A DNA stretch of 64,000 bases from Acidimicrobiia bacterium (GCA_022822525.1 JAJEBN010000048.1:2493-66492), one strand, 5' to 3'; positions 36,504 through 45,692 are shown, numbered from the stretch's first letter. Notes: generated by a model not told the origin, from the letters alone. Numbers and translations are program-made.

Positions 36504-38237
36504 TCAGCGGAAGAAGTTCGTGATCGGCATGCGCCGGTCCTTGCCGAAGCTCTTGGCGGTGATGCGAGGACCGGGCGGCGACTGACGCCGCTTGTATTCG
36601 GCGATGTCGACCAGCCGCGTGATGCGGTGCACGAGCTCGGGGTCGGCGCCGTGTCGGCGCGCAACCTCCACGACCTCGGCGGCGCTCAGGTCGCCTTCCA
36701 CATACGCCTCCACCAGCGGATCCAGCAGCTCATAGGGCGGCAGGCTCTGGTCGTCGCGCTGGTCGGGCCGCAGCTCGGCTGAGGGCGGCTTGTCGATGCA
36801 TGCCTGCGGGATGCGTTCGCCGTCGCCCTGGCGGTTGCGCCAGCGGCACAGCTCGTACACCAGCAGCTTGGGCACGTCCCGGATGACCGCGTACGCCCCG
36901 GCGGTGTCGCCGTACAGCGTGGTGTAGCCCACGGAGGTCTCGGTCTTGTTGCCGGTGGTGAGCACCAGCCAGCCGAACCGGTTCGACAGCGCCATCAGCA
37001 GCACGCCCCGGATGCGGCTCTGCAGGTTCTGATCGGTCAGATCGGCCGCGGCGATCTCGGCCGCGGAGCCGCCCGGAGCAGCGGGTTCGTCCAGCATCCC
37101 GGCCAGCGCGGCGTGTGCGGGCTCAATCGGCACTGTGCGGAAGTCGATGCCGAGATTCGCTGCGAGCTGGGAGGCATCGGTGCGCGACCCGTCGCTGGAG
37201 TAGCGCGACGGCATCGAGACGCCATGCACATGTTCGGGTCCGAGCGCGTCGGCGGCGATGGCCGCCACCGCGCTCGAATCGATGCCGCCCGACAGCCCGA
37301 CCGCCACATCGGTGAAGCCGTTCTTGCGCACATAGTCACGCGTCGCCACCACCAGCGCCCGCCACACCTCCTCCAGCGGATCGGGCAGTGCTGCAACCAC
37401 GCCGCCGCCAGCATCGTGCTCACCCGCCAGGGGAACCTCGCACACGGCAACTTCGTCGGCGAAGGCCTCGAGCCGGCAGATCACCGTCCCGGACGCATCG
37501 GTCACAAACGAGCTGCCGTCAAAGACCAGCTCGTCCTGCCCGCCCACCTGGTTGACATAGACCACCGGCACTCCCAGTGCCGCGGCCCGCGTCCGCGCGA
37601 CAGCCTCCCGGTCCGCCTGCTTGCCCCGCCGGTACGGCGATCCGTTCAGGTTCACGAGCAGCTGCGCGCCCATCTCGACCTGCGCCAGTGCCGGGCTCGT
37701 ATCGGCCTCGCCGCCCACGATCGACGGCAGCCCGCCGTCGGGAGCGGAGGCGTCAGCAGTCCGAGGCGGTCCCCACAAGTCCTCGCAGATCGAGACGCCC
37801 ACCGCCACGCCGTCGACAGTCAGCAGCGGCCCCGCGTCGCTGCCAGGCACGAAGTAACGCTGCTCGTCGAACACGGCGTAGTTGGGCAGCAGATGCTTGC
37901 GATACACCCCGCGCACCGCCCCGTCCCAGCACAGAGCGGCCGAGTTCCACAGCCGAATCGGTCCATTGAGACCGGCGTCCTCAGCAAAGCCAACCACCGC
38001 AGGCACCTCGCCCGTATGGGAAGCAATCCGCTCCAGCGCCGCAGCCGCCCCCTCCACAAACGCCGGCTTCAGCAACAGATCCTCAGGCGGGTACCCGGTA
38101 ACCGTCAGCTCGCTGAACACCACCACCTGAGCGCCCCCAGCGACCGCCTCCTCATAGGCAGCCAGAACCATCTCAGCGTTCCCATCTAGATCACCAAGAC
38201 GCAAATTGAGCTGAGCCAGCCCCACAAGCACCGCCAC
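36504..38237 (-). CDS. nadE: Glutamine-dependent NAD+ synthetase
   Basis: 577 aa; N-terminal CN-hydrolase domain (VVVFSELTVTGYPPEDL) plus a synthetase domain with GLSGGIDSS. Confidence 0.9.
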   Translation of the reverse strand: MAVLVGLAQLNLRLGDLDGNAEMVLAAYEEAVAGGAQVVVFSELTVTGYPPEDLLLKPAFVEGAAAALERIASHTGEVPAVVGFAEDAGLNGPIRLWNSAALCWDGAVRGVYRKHLLPNYAVFDEQRYFVPGSDAGPLLTVDGVAVGVSICEDLWGPPRTADASAPDGGLPSIVGGEADTSPALAQVEMGAQLLVNLNGSPYRRGKQADREAVARTRAAALGVPVVYVNQVGGQDELVFDGSSFVTDASGTVICRLEAFADEVAVCEVPLAGEHDAGGGVVAALPDPLEEVWRALVVATRDYVRKNGFTDVAVGLSGGIDSSAVAAIAADALGPEHVHGVSMPSRYSSDGSRTDASQLAANLGIDFRTVPIEPAHAALAGMLDEPAAPGGSAAEIAAADLTDQNLQSRIRGVLLMALSNRFGWLVLTTGNKTETSVGYTTLYGDTAGAYAVIRDVPKLLVYELCRWRNRQGDGERIPQACIDKPPSAELRPDQRDDQSLPPYELLDPLVEAYVEGDLSAAEVVEVARRHGADPELVHRITRLVDIAEYKRRQSPPGPRITAKSFGKDRRMPITNFFR

Positions 38238-38300
38238 CGGCTCACCCTACGCAGACCTTCCAGCACGTGGGCCATCAACTGCCGTCCCAGGCTCGGGAGC

Positions 38301-38486
38301 GTGGAGGCTGATTCCGGCCGCAGTCTGAGCGTCTTTGATCTCTTCGAAGCGTCAGAACGAATGATCGAAGCCCGTCTGCGGCGTGAGAATCCGGCCGTCG
38401 CCCAAGCCGAGATCAGGGCCGCTATCGACGAGTGGGCCCGCGGCGGCGATGGTCACCTCGACTTCGAGTCTGCGCAGCGGCGCTGA
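38301..38486 (+). CDS. Hypothetical small protein
   Basis: 61-aa ORF with a GTG start. I recognise no family, so support is weak. Confidence 0.3.
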   Translation: MEADSGRSLSVFDLFEASERMIEARLRRENPAVAQAEIRAAIDEWARGGDGHLDFESAQRR

Positions 38487-38490
38487 AGGG

Positions 38491-38793
38491 CTACTGCCCG
38501 GTGGTCCAATACTGCTGCAAGCGCTCGATTGCAGCTTCGGTCGTCAGTTCAGCGAGTTGGTCGTCTCGCAGGCCGACGCGCTCCCGGAGCAGGTACAGCA
38601 CCTCGGTGGGGATCGAGTGCTGGGCCTGGGCGGGCTGGCTTCGCGGAGGCACGATGCCGTCGTTGACGCATCGCCAGAACTCCTCAGGGCTCACCTGGAG
38701 CTGGTCCCGCAGGATGTGCGACCACAGCCCGCTGCCGTAGACCGTCCGGTCAGGCGGCCGCGAGATCCGAGTGCGCAGAATGTCTCCGCTCAT
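38491..38793 (-). CDS. Hypothetical 100-aa protein
   Basis: MSGDILRTRISRPP...ERLQQYWTTGQ has coding-like composition. The ATG at 38793 is embedded in a 23-nt motif repeated at 33084-33106. Confidence 0.5.
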   Translation of the reverse strand: MSGDILRTRISRPPDRTVYGSGLWSHILRDQLQVSPEEFWRCVNDGIVPPRSQPAQAQHSIPTEVLYLLRERVGLRDDQLAELTTEAAIERLQQYWTTGQ

Positions 38794-38961
38794 CTGTTTG
38801 AAGCACGGGTGCCTGGCCCCGCCCATCACCCGGGCACGCGAGCGCGAGCACCAGCGCGCGGAGGCAACGGGGCGAGTCATGGGTACGCTCACCCCTCAGC
38901 GGGGGAAGCAAGTGCGACTCCCGGCACATGTACAGCGGGGGACGACCAGCGAGGTGGCGCG

Positions 38962-39897
38962 GTGGCCAAAGAGAGGGTCGAACGTGACGAGGAAGATCTC
39001 GTCCGCCTGTACCTGACCGATATCGGCCAGTACCCCCTGCTGAACAAGGACGACGAGGTCCGGCTCGCGCAGCTGATCGAGAAGGGCATCGCTGCCAAGG
39101 ATTCCCTCGAGTCGGCCCGCAACATCTCCAGCGCGCAGCGTCGCCGCCTCGTTCGAGCGCAGCAGCAGGGCTCCCGCGCCGAGCGCACCTTCGTGCAGTC
39201 CAACCTGCGCCTCGTGGTGTCGATCGCGAAGAAGTACCAGGCCTCGGGGCTGCCGCTGCTGGATCTCATCCAGGAAGGCAACCTGGGCCTGATGCACGCG
39301 GTCGAGAAGTTCGACTGGCGCAAGGGCTTCAAGTTCTCGACTTATGCGACGTGGTGGATTCGCCAGGCGATCACCCGTGGCATCGCCAACACCGGCCGCA
39401 CGATCCGGCTGCCGGTGCACGCGGGCGACACGCTGGCCCGCTTGCAGAAGGCCCGCTCACGGCTCGAGCTGAAGTACGGCCGTCCCGCCACGCTCGGCGA
39501 GCTGGCGGTCGAGGTCGACATGCCCGAGCAGAAGGTCACCGAGGCGCTGCGGTTCGCCGCCGAGCCGCTCTCGCTGTCCGAACCTCTGCGCGAGGACAGC
39601 GACGCCGAGCTGGGCGACGTTGTCGAGGACCGCGCGGCCGAGTCGCCCTTCGAGGTCGCGGCCACCACGCTGCTGCCGAGCGAGATCACCCGGCTGCTGT
39701 CGCCGCTCGACGAGCGCGAACGCGAGATCCTCAAGCTCCGTTACGGCCTCGACCGCGGCGAGCCCCGCACGCTCGAAGAGGTCGGCGAGCACTTCCAGCT
39801 CACCCGCGAGCGCATCCGCCAGATCGAGGCCCGGGCGATGTCCAAGCTGCGCCACCCCAGCACCGACACCGGCGCACGCGACCTGCTGTCCGTCTAG
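38962..39897 (+). CDS. RNA polymerase sigma-70 family factor with regions 1.2-4 (group 1/2-like)
   Basis: DLIQEGNLGLMHAVEKFD, STYATWWIRQAITR, TLEEVGEHFQLTRERIRQIE. GTG at 38962 chosen; the upstream part of the 504-aa track ORF looks non-coding. Confidence 0.9.
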   Translation: MAKERVERDEEDLVRLYLTDIGQYPLLNKDDEVRLAQLIEKGIAAKDSLESARNISSAQRRRLVRAQQQGSRAERTFVQSNLRLVVSIAKKYQASGLPLLDLIQEGNLGLMHAVEKFDWRKGFKFSTYATWWIRQAITRGIANTGRTIRLPVHAGDTLARLQKARSRLELKYGRPATLGELAVEVDMPEQKVTEALRFAAEPLSLSEPLREDSDAELGDVVEDRAAESPFEVAATTLLPSEITRLLSPLDEREREILKLRYGLDRGEPRTLEEVGEHFQLTRERIRQIEARAMSKLRHPSTDTGARDLLSV

Positions 39898-40166
39898 ACA
39901 GCCACGCGACGGGCTAGACGACCGCGCGACGGGCTGGACAGCCGCGCGACGGGGCAGAAAAGGGCCGTGAGCGCCTGAACGTCGCGCCCGCCGGCCTATG
40001 CCTCGGACAGGCGGCGAACGACGATGACGATCAGTGCGCCGACGATCACGGCGAGCAGCAGCTTCTTCATGGTGCTTCGTCCTCTGTGAGGGGTGAGCCG
40101 ACGGCATCGGCACAGCGAATGCTAGGCGGACAAGCCGCAAACTCCGCGCGCGCCGGGTGAGTTGAT

Positions 40167-40262
40167 TGGCGGAGGTGGACGGGAATCGAACCCGCCGGAC
40201 GGGGATCACCCGTCCCGCCCGCTTTGAAGGCGGGGGAGCCCACCAGGCGCTCAGACACCTCC
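40167..40262 (-). tRNA. selC: tRNA-Sec (selC), anticodon UCA
   Basis: 96 nt: GGAGGTG acceptor stem, 6-bp D stem with 4-nt loop (TGGT), anticodon arm CCCGC-CTTCAAA-GCGGG, long variable arm GGACGGG-TGATC-CCCGTCC, T arm CGGG-TTCGATT-CCCG, G73 and encoded CCA. Confidence 0.9.
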
Positions 40263-40401
40263 GTCGGTCATCTTTGCCCACCGCAGGCCGTCGCGCCACC
40301 GCGCCCACCTCGCGAAAACAGATTGATCGCGCTGCCTCGCATCGGCAAGAGTGACACTGCAATGCAGTTTCAGTCAATCTGAATGATTATCGGGGATACC
40401 A

Positions 40402-41034
40402 ATGATCTATGCCTATCTCGGCGCGAAGGGCGGCGTCGGCAACACCGTGACAGCTCTGCTCGCTGCGGTCAGCGCGAAGCGTTCGGGCCGCGACGTCGTG
40501 CTGGCCGACCTCACCGGCGATTTCGGCGTGGTGCTCGGCACGGCGCCCGACCTGCCCGGCATCGCCGAATGGACTGCGGCATCGGAGCTGTCGCTGGGAG
40601 CGGCGTCGGCACTCGCGGTCGACGTCGCGCCGGGCATCAGCCTGCTGCCGCGCGGCAGCGGCGACATCGACTCGGCCCGGCTCGCCACGCTGTGGTCGCT
40701 GCTCGCGGGCAAGCCGCGGGTCAACATCATCGACGCGGGGCGCGGCCCGACGGCGCTGACCCACGTGTCGGGTCCGCGGGTCCGGCGCCTGCTCACGATG
40801 ACGTGCTGCTACCAGGCCCTGCACCGGGCTCGTGAGCTGGTGGCGCAGGTCGACGACGTGATCGTGCTCACCGACACGCAGCGGGCGCTGGGCTTAGCCG
40901 ACATCGAAGCCGCGCTGGGCCGTCATGCCGACGCGGTGCTGGCCGTCGACCGCTCGGTCTCGCGCTGGGCCGACGCCGGACTGCTGCTGGACCGTGGCGC
41001 GAAGCCCGCACGGTCGCTGGACGTGTTCCTGTGA
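40402..41034 (+). CDS. TadZ/CpaE/Ssd-like ParA-MinD family protein with a degenerate Walker A
   Basis: 210 aa; GAKGGVGNT, where Asn replaces the usual GK[ST] lysine. Directly precedes tadA with a GTGA overlap. Confidence 0.65.
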   Translation: MIYAYLGAKGGVGNTVTALLAAVSAKRSGRDVVLADLTGDFGVVLGTAPDLPGIAEWTAASELSLGAASALAVDVAPGISLLPRGSGDIDSARLATLWSLLAGKPRVNIIDAGRGPTALTHVSGPRVRRLLTMTCCYQALHRARELVAQVDDVIVLTDTQRALGLADIEAALGRHADAVLAVDRSVSRWADAGLLLDRGAKPARSLDVFL

Positions 41035-42128
41035 GCCGCAGGAGCCGGGCGGTGGGCAATCACCCCGCAAGCCGGACGTTCGTCGAGCAGATCCACGAAC
41101 GGTTCCTGCCGGCGCCGGCACCCGAGCCGCGTGAGGTCGCCGACGCGGTGGACACGGCTGCCCCGCTGCTCGACCGCAACCACGCCGCCGAGCTCGTCTC
41201 GGAGGTGCTGGCCCGCCTCGCCGGCATCGGCCCGCTTGCGGACATCTGGTCCGACGACGAGGTGACCGAGGTGATGATCAACGGTCCGGGGCCGATCACG
41301 ATCGAACGGCGAGGCGCCCTGTCGGCGGTCGGCCGGATCAGCGCGGCGGAGGTGCATCGCCTGGTCGAGTACCTGCTGGGGCCGACGGGGCGCCGTGTCG
41401 ACCGCCGGCTGCCGATGGTGGACGTACGGCTGGACGACCGCACGCGCTGCCACATCGCGGTGCCGCCGGTCGCGGTGGACGGCCCCTACATCACCCTGCG
41501 GCGCTTCCCGGCCCACGTGCGCCAGCTCGACGAGCTGGCCGCGCCGCCAGAAGCAGCGTGCCTGCGCCGGCTCGTCGCTCAGAGGGCCAACCTGATCGTG
41601 TTCGGGCCCACCAGCACCGGCAAGACCTCGCTGCTGGCGAGCCTGCTCGTCGCCGTGGCCGGATCCGAGCGACTGGTGGTCGTGGAGGAAGCCGCGGAGC
41701 TGCCGAGACTGGGCGACGGCACCGTGCGCCTTGAAGGCCAGCCGCCCAATGTCGACGGGGTCGGCGAGGTGACCCTGGCCGATCTGGTGGTCGCGGCGCT
41801 GCGGATGCGGCCCGATCGCCTGGTGGTCGGCGAGGTGCGAGGTCCCGAGGCGGCTGCGTTGCTGCAGGCGCTGACCACGGGCCATCGGGGCTCGGTGTCC
41901 ACCCTGCACGCGGATGACCCGTCCCATGCGCTGTGGCGGCTCGAGCAGCTCGCTCGCGCCGGCGGCGCGGTCGGCGATGTGTCGGGCCACATCGCGTCGG
42001 TCCTCGACGGCTTGGTCCACATGAGCCGCTGCGCCGACGGGCGCAGAACGGTTGCAGCGATCTACGAGGTCGCCGCGGACGGTGGGCTGCGACGCGCCGC
42101 GTCGGGCGTGCAGGCCGTGGCCTCCTGA
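41031..42128 (+). CDS. tadA: TadA/CpaF-type secretion ATPase
   Basis: 365 aa; VTEVMINGPG, Walker A GPTSTGKTS, RMRPDRLVVGEVRG, GHRGSVSTLHA. Confidence 0.9.
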   Translation: MSRRSRAVGNHPASRTFVEQIHERFLPAPAPEPREVADAVDTAAPLLDRNHAAELVSEVLARLAGIGPLADIWSDDEVTEVMINGPGPITIERRGALSAVGRISAAEVHRLVEYLLGPTGRRVDRRLPMVDVRLDDRTRCHIAVPPVAVDGPYITLRRFPAHVRQLDELAAPPEAACLRRLVAQRANLIVFGPTSTGKTSLLASLLVAVAGSERLVVVEEAAELPRLGDGTVRLEGQPPNVDGVGEVTLADLVVAALRMRPDRLVVGEVRGPEAAALLQALTTGHRGSVSTLHADDPSHALWRLEQLARAGGAVGDVSGHIASVLDGLVHMSRCADGRRTVAAIYEVAADGGLRRAASGVQAVAS

Positions 42129-42143
42129 TGAGGGCTGTCCAAG

Positions 42144-42785
42144 GTGATGCGGATCGTCGTGCTGGTGGCCTTGGCCGGGCTGATCACCTCGCCGGCAGCG
42201 CGTCGACTGCACCGTGCGCGGCGTCACCGGCGACTCGAACAAGCAGCGGTCGGCGCCCGCTCCGAACGCATGGGCGATTTCTGTGCCGCGGTCTCGCGCC
42301 GGCTGGGCGGCGGCGACACGCTGCTGCAGGCGCTCGCCAACGCCTCACGAGACGGCCCGATGTCAGGGCCGCTCGGCCAGATCACCGAGGAGCACGAGCG
42401 CGGGGTCACGCTCAGCCGTGCCGTGCAGCGCTGGGCAGCGCGCGAGCAGACCTCCGAGGCGGCGCTGCTGTCGACCGCGGTCACCCTGGCGTCGGACCGA
42501 GTGGGGGCCCAGCCGCAGCTGTTCGACCGGGTAGCGGCAACCAGCCGGGCGCGGGCCGACATGACCGCGGAGGCGCGCGTGCAGGCCGCCCAAGCGCGCG
42601 CCTCCATCTGGGTCGTCGCGGTGCTGCCGTGGGCGGTAGCGCTGGCGCTGCTGGCCGAGGGGGGCGCCGCGGCACGGGTGCTCACCTCGACTCCGCTGGG
42701 CTGGTTCTGTGCCGGCGCGGCGCTGCTGGCCGAGCTGGCAGGCGTGACGTGGATGCGCGCGCTGGTCGCGCGGGCGCTGCGATGA
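42144..42785 (+). CDS. TadB-like type II secretion system F-family membrane protein
   Basis: 213 aa with TM segments at both ends and a T2SSF-like core. Position after tadA supports the call. Confidence 0.65.
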   Translation: MMRIVVLVALAGLITSPAARRLHRARRHRRLEQAAVGARSERMGDFCAAVSRRLGGGDTLLQALANASRDGPMSGPLGQITEEHERGVTLSRAVQRWAAREQTSEAALLSTAVTLASDRVGAQPQLFDRVAATSRARADMTAEARVQAAQARASIWVVAVLPWAVALALLAEGGAAARVLTSTPLGWFCAGAALLAELAGVTWMRALVARALR

Positions 42786-43417
42786 GCGTGTTCTCCAGCG
42801 TCGTGCTGACCAACCCGGTGGTCGTCGGGGCATTCGCGGCCGGAGCCGTCGGCTGGGCCGGTTTCGCCGTCCGGCCCGAACCGGCTCGCCGCCGCACGAG
42901 GCGGCTGGCCCTCAGCACCGGCCCCCGCCCCGGCCCCGGCCCCGGTGCCCGGCTGCGTCTGGCCCGACTGCGCCCGGGGCCCCAGCTCGACCGTGTGGCG
43001 GCGGAGCTGGGCGCGATCGTCGAGGTGATGAGCGTGGCCCTCGAATCGGGCCTGTCGATCACCGCATCGCTGCAGCTCGCGCTGGCCCACTGCGACGCCG
43101 CAAGCGACACCGCACGCCGGCTCGCCACATCCCAGCATCGGCCGCTGGACGAGGCCCTCGACGACTTCGGCAGCACCTGCGGACCGCGAGCGCGGGCCTT
43201 TGCCGAGGCAGTCTCGGGCTCGCTGCGCTCGGGCATCCCGCTCGCACCCGAGCTGGATCGCTTGGGGCGCGAACTGCGCGAGCAAACGCGCCGGCGTCTC
43301 GAGCGCAGGGTGCGCCGGCTGCCGGTGCTGCTGCTGTTTCCCCTCGTGCTGTGCGTGCTGCCGGCGCTCGGGCTGGTCGCGATCGTGCCCGTGCTCGTCG
43401 CTGCGTTCGGCGCGTGA
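42782..43417 (+). CDS. TadC-like T2SSF-family membrane protein
   Basis: ATG at 42782 forms an ATGA overlap with the tadB stop. MSVFSSVVL..., with C-terminal TM LPVLLLFPLVLCVLPALGLVAIVPVLVAAF. Confidence 0.65.
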   Translation: MSVFSSVVLTNPVVVGAFAAGAVGWAGFAVRPEPARRRTRRLALSTGPRPGPGPGARLRLARLRPGPQLDRVAAELGAIVEVMSVALESGLSITASLQLALAHCDAASDTARRLATSQHRPLDEALDDFGSTCGPRARAFAEAVSGSLRSGIPLAPELDRLGRELREQTRRRLERRVRRLPVLLLFPLVLCVLPALGLVAIVPVLVAAFGA

Positions 43418-43464
43418 CCCACGCATTGCCGACCCCGTCAACCGCCAATCTCACAGGAGCTCTC

Positions 43465-43689
43465 ATGACTGACACACCCGCAACGCCCGTCGCACCCCTG
43501 CGCCGCACGCACCGGATCACGCTGGCCCCGCACGCCGACGAGTCCGGCCAGACCACCGCCGAGTACGCCCTGCTCACCGGCGCCATCGCCCTGCTGGTCG
43601 CGGCGGTCACCGCCTGGGCCACCAGCACGGGCAAGATCGGCCGCCTGCTCGATGCCGTCTTCAACTACCTGACGAAGGCCATCTCCTGA
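43465..43689 (+). CDS. flp: Flp-family type IVb pilin precursor
   Basis: 74 aa; AGGAG lies 5 nt upstream of the ATG. Contains the processing motif G/QTTAEYALLTGAIALLV (G-x4-EY) after a ~27-aa leader. Confidence 0.75.
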   Translation: MTDTPATPVAPLRRTHRITLAPHADESGQTTAEYALLTGAIALLVAAVTAWATSTGKIGRLLDAVFNYLTKAIS

Positions 43690-44063
43690 TCAGAACGGGG
43701 CAGTGCCAGCACCAGCGCGGGCAGGCCACCGTCGAGCTGGCCCTGCTCATGCCGTTCCTGGTGCTGCTGCTGATGTGCATCATTCAGACGGCCCTGGTCG
43801 CGCGCGATGCGGTGCTGGTGTCCCACGCCGCGCGCGTCGGCGCCCGCATCGCCAGCGTCGAGGGATCGCTGGACGGCATCCGCAGGGCCGTGACGGAGGC
43901 GTCGCCGCTCGACCCGGCCCGCCTGGAGGTCGAACGGGAGGTGAGCGGCGAGCTCGTTCGCGTCACGGTGCACTACCGCTCCCCGACAGAGGTCCCGCTG
44001 GTCGGAGCGCTCGTCGGCGATGTCGGCCTCGCCGAATCCGCTGCGATGCCGGTCGAACGCTGA
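43686..44063 (+). CDS. TadE-like pilus assembly protein
   Basis: RGQATVELALLMPFLVLLLMCIIQ is a TadE N-terminal signature. It lies upstream of the first ATG (43749), so a CTG at 43686 overlapping the flp stop (CTGA) is proposed. Confidence 0.6.
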   Translation: MIRTGQCQHQRGQATVELALLMPFLVLLLMCIIQTALVARDAVLVSHAARVGARIASVEGSLDGIRRAVTEASPLDPARLEVEREVSGELVRVTVHYRSPTEVPLVGALVGDVGLAESAAMPVER

Positions 44064-44263
44064 GTTCTGGCGGCGTGCTGGCGGCTCTGTGGCGGGGTTC
44101 TGAGAGCCCGATGACCCCCCGGCAACGGCGCCCTCTCGATGCGCCGAAATTGCCGCTTGCGCATGTCACACCCATGGGGTTCAATGGCAAGTCACACACC
44201 TGTAATTACAGGTCAGCAATCTCGACAACTGGTCACCTGTCGAGGGACTGCCCGGGAGGCGCA

Positions 44264-44542
44264 ATGGCATTCGCAATCGAAGAAGACATCGACGCAGCAG
44301 AAGGCAACTGGTGGGACGAGGCCAACTGTCTCGGCGTCGATCCCGACCTGTTCTTTCCCGAGCGCGGGGCCAGCACACGCGAGGCCAAGGCCGTCTGCCG
44401 GGGCTGCGTCGTGAGCGACGACTGCCTCGAGTACGCGCTCCAGAACAGCGAGAAATTCGGCATCTGGGGCGGGATGAGCGAGCGTGAGCGCCGCCGGGTG
44501 CGCCGCCAGCGAGCGCTCACGAGACGGGCCGCCGCCGGCTGA
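44264..44542 (+). CDS. WhiB-family transcriptional regulator
   Basis: 92 aa from the ATG at 44264, with GGGAGG upstream. ANCLG, CRGCVVSDDC, GIWGGMSERERRR. Confidence 0.9.
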   Translation: MAFAIEEDIDAAEGNWWDEANCLGVDPDLFFPERGASTREAKAVCRGCVVSDDCLEYALQNSEKFGIWGGMSERERRRVRRQRALTRRAAAG

Positions 44543-44615
44543 GACCTCCCGGCTGTATCAGGCCGGCCAGTCCAGCCGGCTCTTCGTCTGACTGGGCACT
44601 GGTACGCTCGCGGGC

Positions 44616-44813
44616 GTGATGGCGATCGCACTCGGGCCTCCCGAACTGCTCATCCTTCTCATCATCGTGCTGGTGCTCTTCGGCGGCGCCAAGCTGCCCA
44701 AGCTGGCCCGCTCGCTGGGCCAGGCACAGCGCGAGTTCCGCGAGGGCGTCAACGACGCCGAGAAGGAAGCCGGCGGCAGCTCATCGAGCGACTCCAAGTC
44801 CAAAGACGCCTGA
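44616..44813 (+). CDS. tatA: Twin-arginine translocase subunit TatA/E
   Basis: 65 aa; LLILLIIVLVLFGGAKLPKLARSLG followed by an acidic tail. Confidence 0.9.
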   Translation: MMAIALGPPELLILLIIVLVLFGGAKLPKLARSLGQAQREFREGVNDAEKEAGGSSSSDSKSKDA

Positions 44814-44959
44814 GTCAGGCGGCGAAATTTGCCCGCCCGCCGTTGGGCCGGTAGGGCCGGTCCGGGGGCCGGGGATTGCGCACCCGTGCAACCCCCAGCG
44901 TGAACACGCCGGGGCGCAGACCGATGCATCGTTTCGGGCTGCCGGCGCCCCGAGTGAGC

Positions 44960-45271
44960 TCAGGCGGCCCTGGCTGCACGACGACGGTCTCGCAGGATCC
45001 GGCGGCGCTGCCGCTCTGAGGTGCCGCCCCACACACCGTGGGTGATGTTGTTGGCGAGTGCGTACTCCCGGCAGAGGTCCTTCACCGGGCACTCGGCACA
45101 CACCTTCTGAGCGGCGATGACGCCGGCGCCGTCGCTGGGGAAGAAGACATTCGGGTCGATGTCGGCGCAGTTGCGTCGCATGACCCACTCGGCTGCCACG
45201 CTCTCGGAGCCCGGAGCGGGGCATATCTGCGGTTCGTATATCGGATTGACCTGCAACATCGTGAGAACCAA
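44960..45271 (-). CDS. WhiB-family transcriptional regulator
   Basis: RRNCADIDPNVFFP, CAECPVKDLC, GVWGGTSERQRRR. Start at 45271 or 45259. Confidence 0.85.
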   Translation of the reverse strand: MVLTMLQVNPIYEPQICPAPGSESVAAEWVMRRNCADIDPNVFFPSDGAGVIAAQKVCAECPVKDLCREYALANNITHGVWGGTSERQRRRILRDRRRAARAA

Positions 45272-45407
45272 CGCTCCAGACAGCCAACCGGTTCCCTCAT
45301 TCGGCGCTTCTCATCAAACTCTCAGGTAGAGCTCTCAGGTAGAGGGTCTCGCCGCCTCCGCAGCAGGCACCATCGGTACCCTTGCGCGACCACAAACGAG
45401 GACAATC

Positions 45408-45692
45408 GTGACCGACATCGCCACCGAAGAAGAGCAGCTCCCGCCTGAGGTCGGCATCCGCGTCGTGTATCTGGGACCCGTCGCTCCCCACTGGGAGATC
45501 GAGGGCATCTATGGCGACCAGGCCGCTGTGGAGGAGTTCCGCCGCCGCACCAACGCACGCCTGCAGCTGCTGCCGCCGCATGATCCGCAGTTCCGCCGCA
45601 ACCGCGAGCGGGTCGTGCGCGACGCCGAGCGGGAGAACTACGAGCTGCACTGGGACCTCGGCATGCCCGAGGACGAGGAAGACGCCGAGTAG
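45408..45692 (+). CDS. Hypothetical acidic 94-aa protein
   Basis: ORF with coding-like composition. I recognise no family. Confidence 0.5.
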   Translation: MTDIATEEEQLPPEVGIRVVYLGPVAPHWEIEGIYGDQAAVEEFRRRTNARLQLLPPHDPQFRRNRERVVRDAERENYELHWDLGMPEDEEDAE

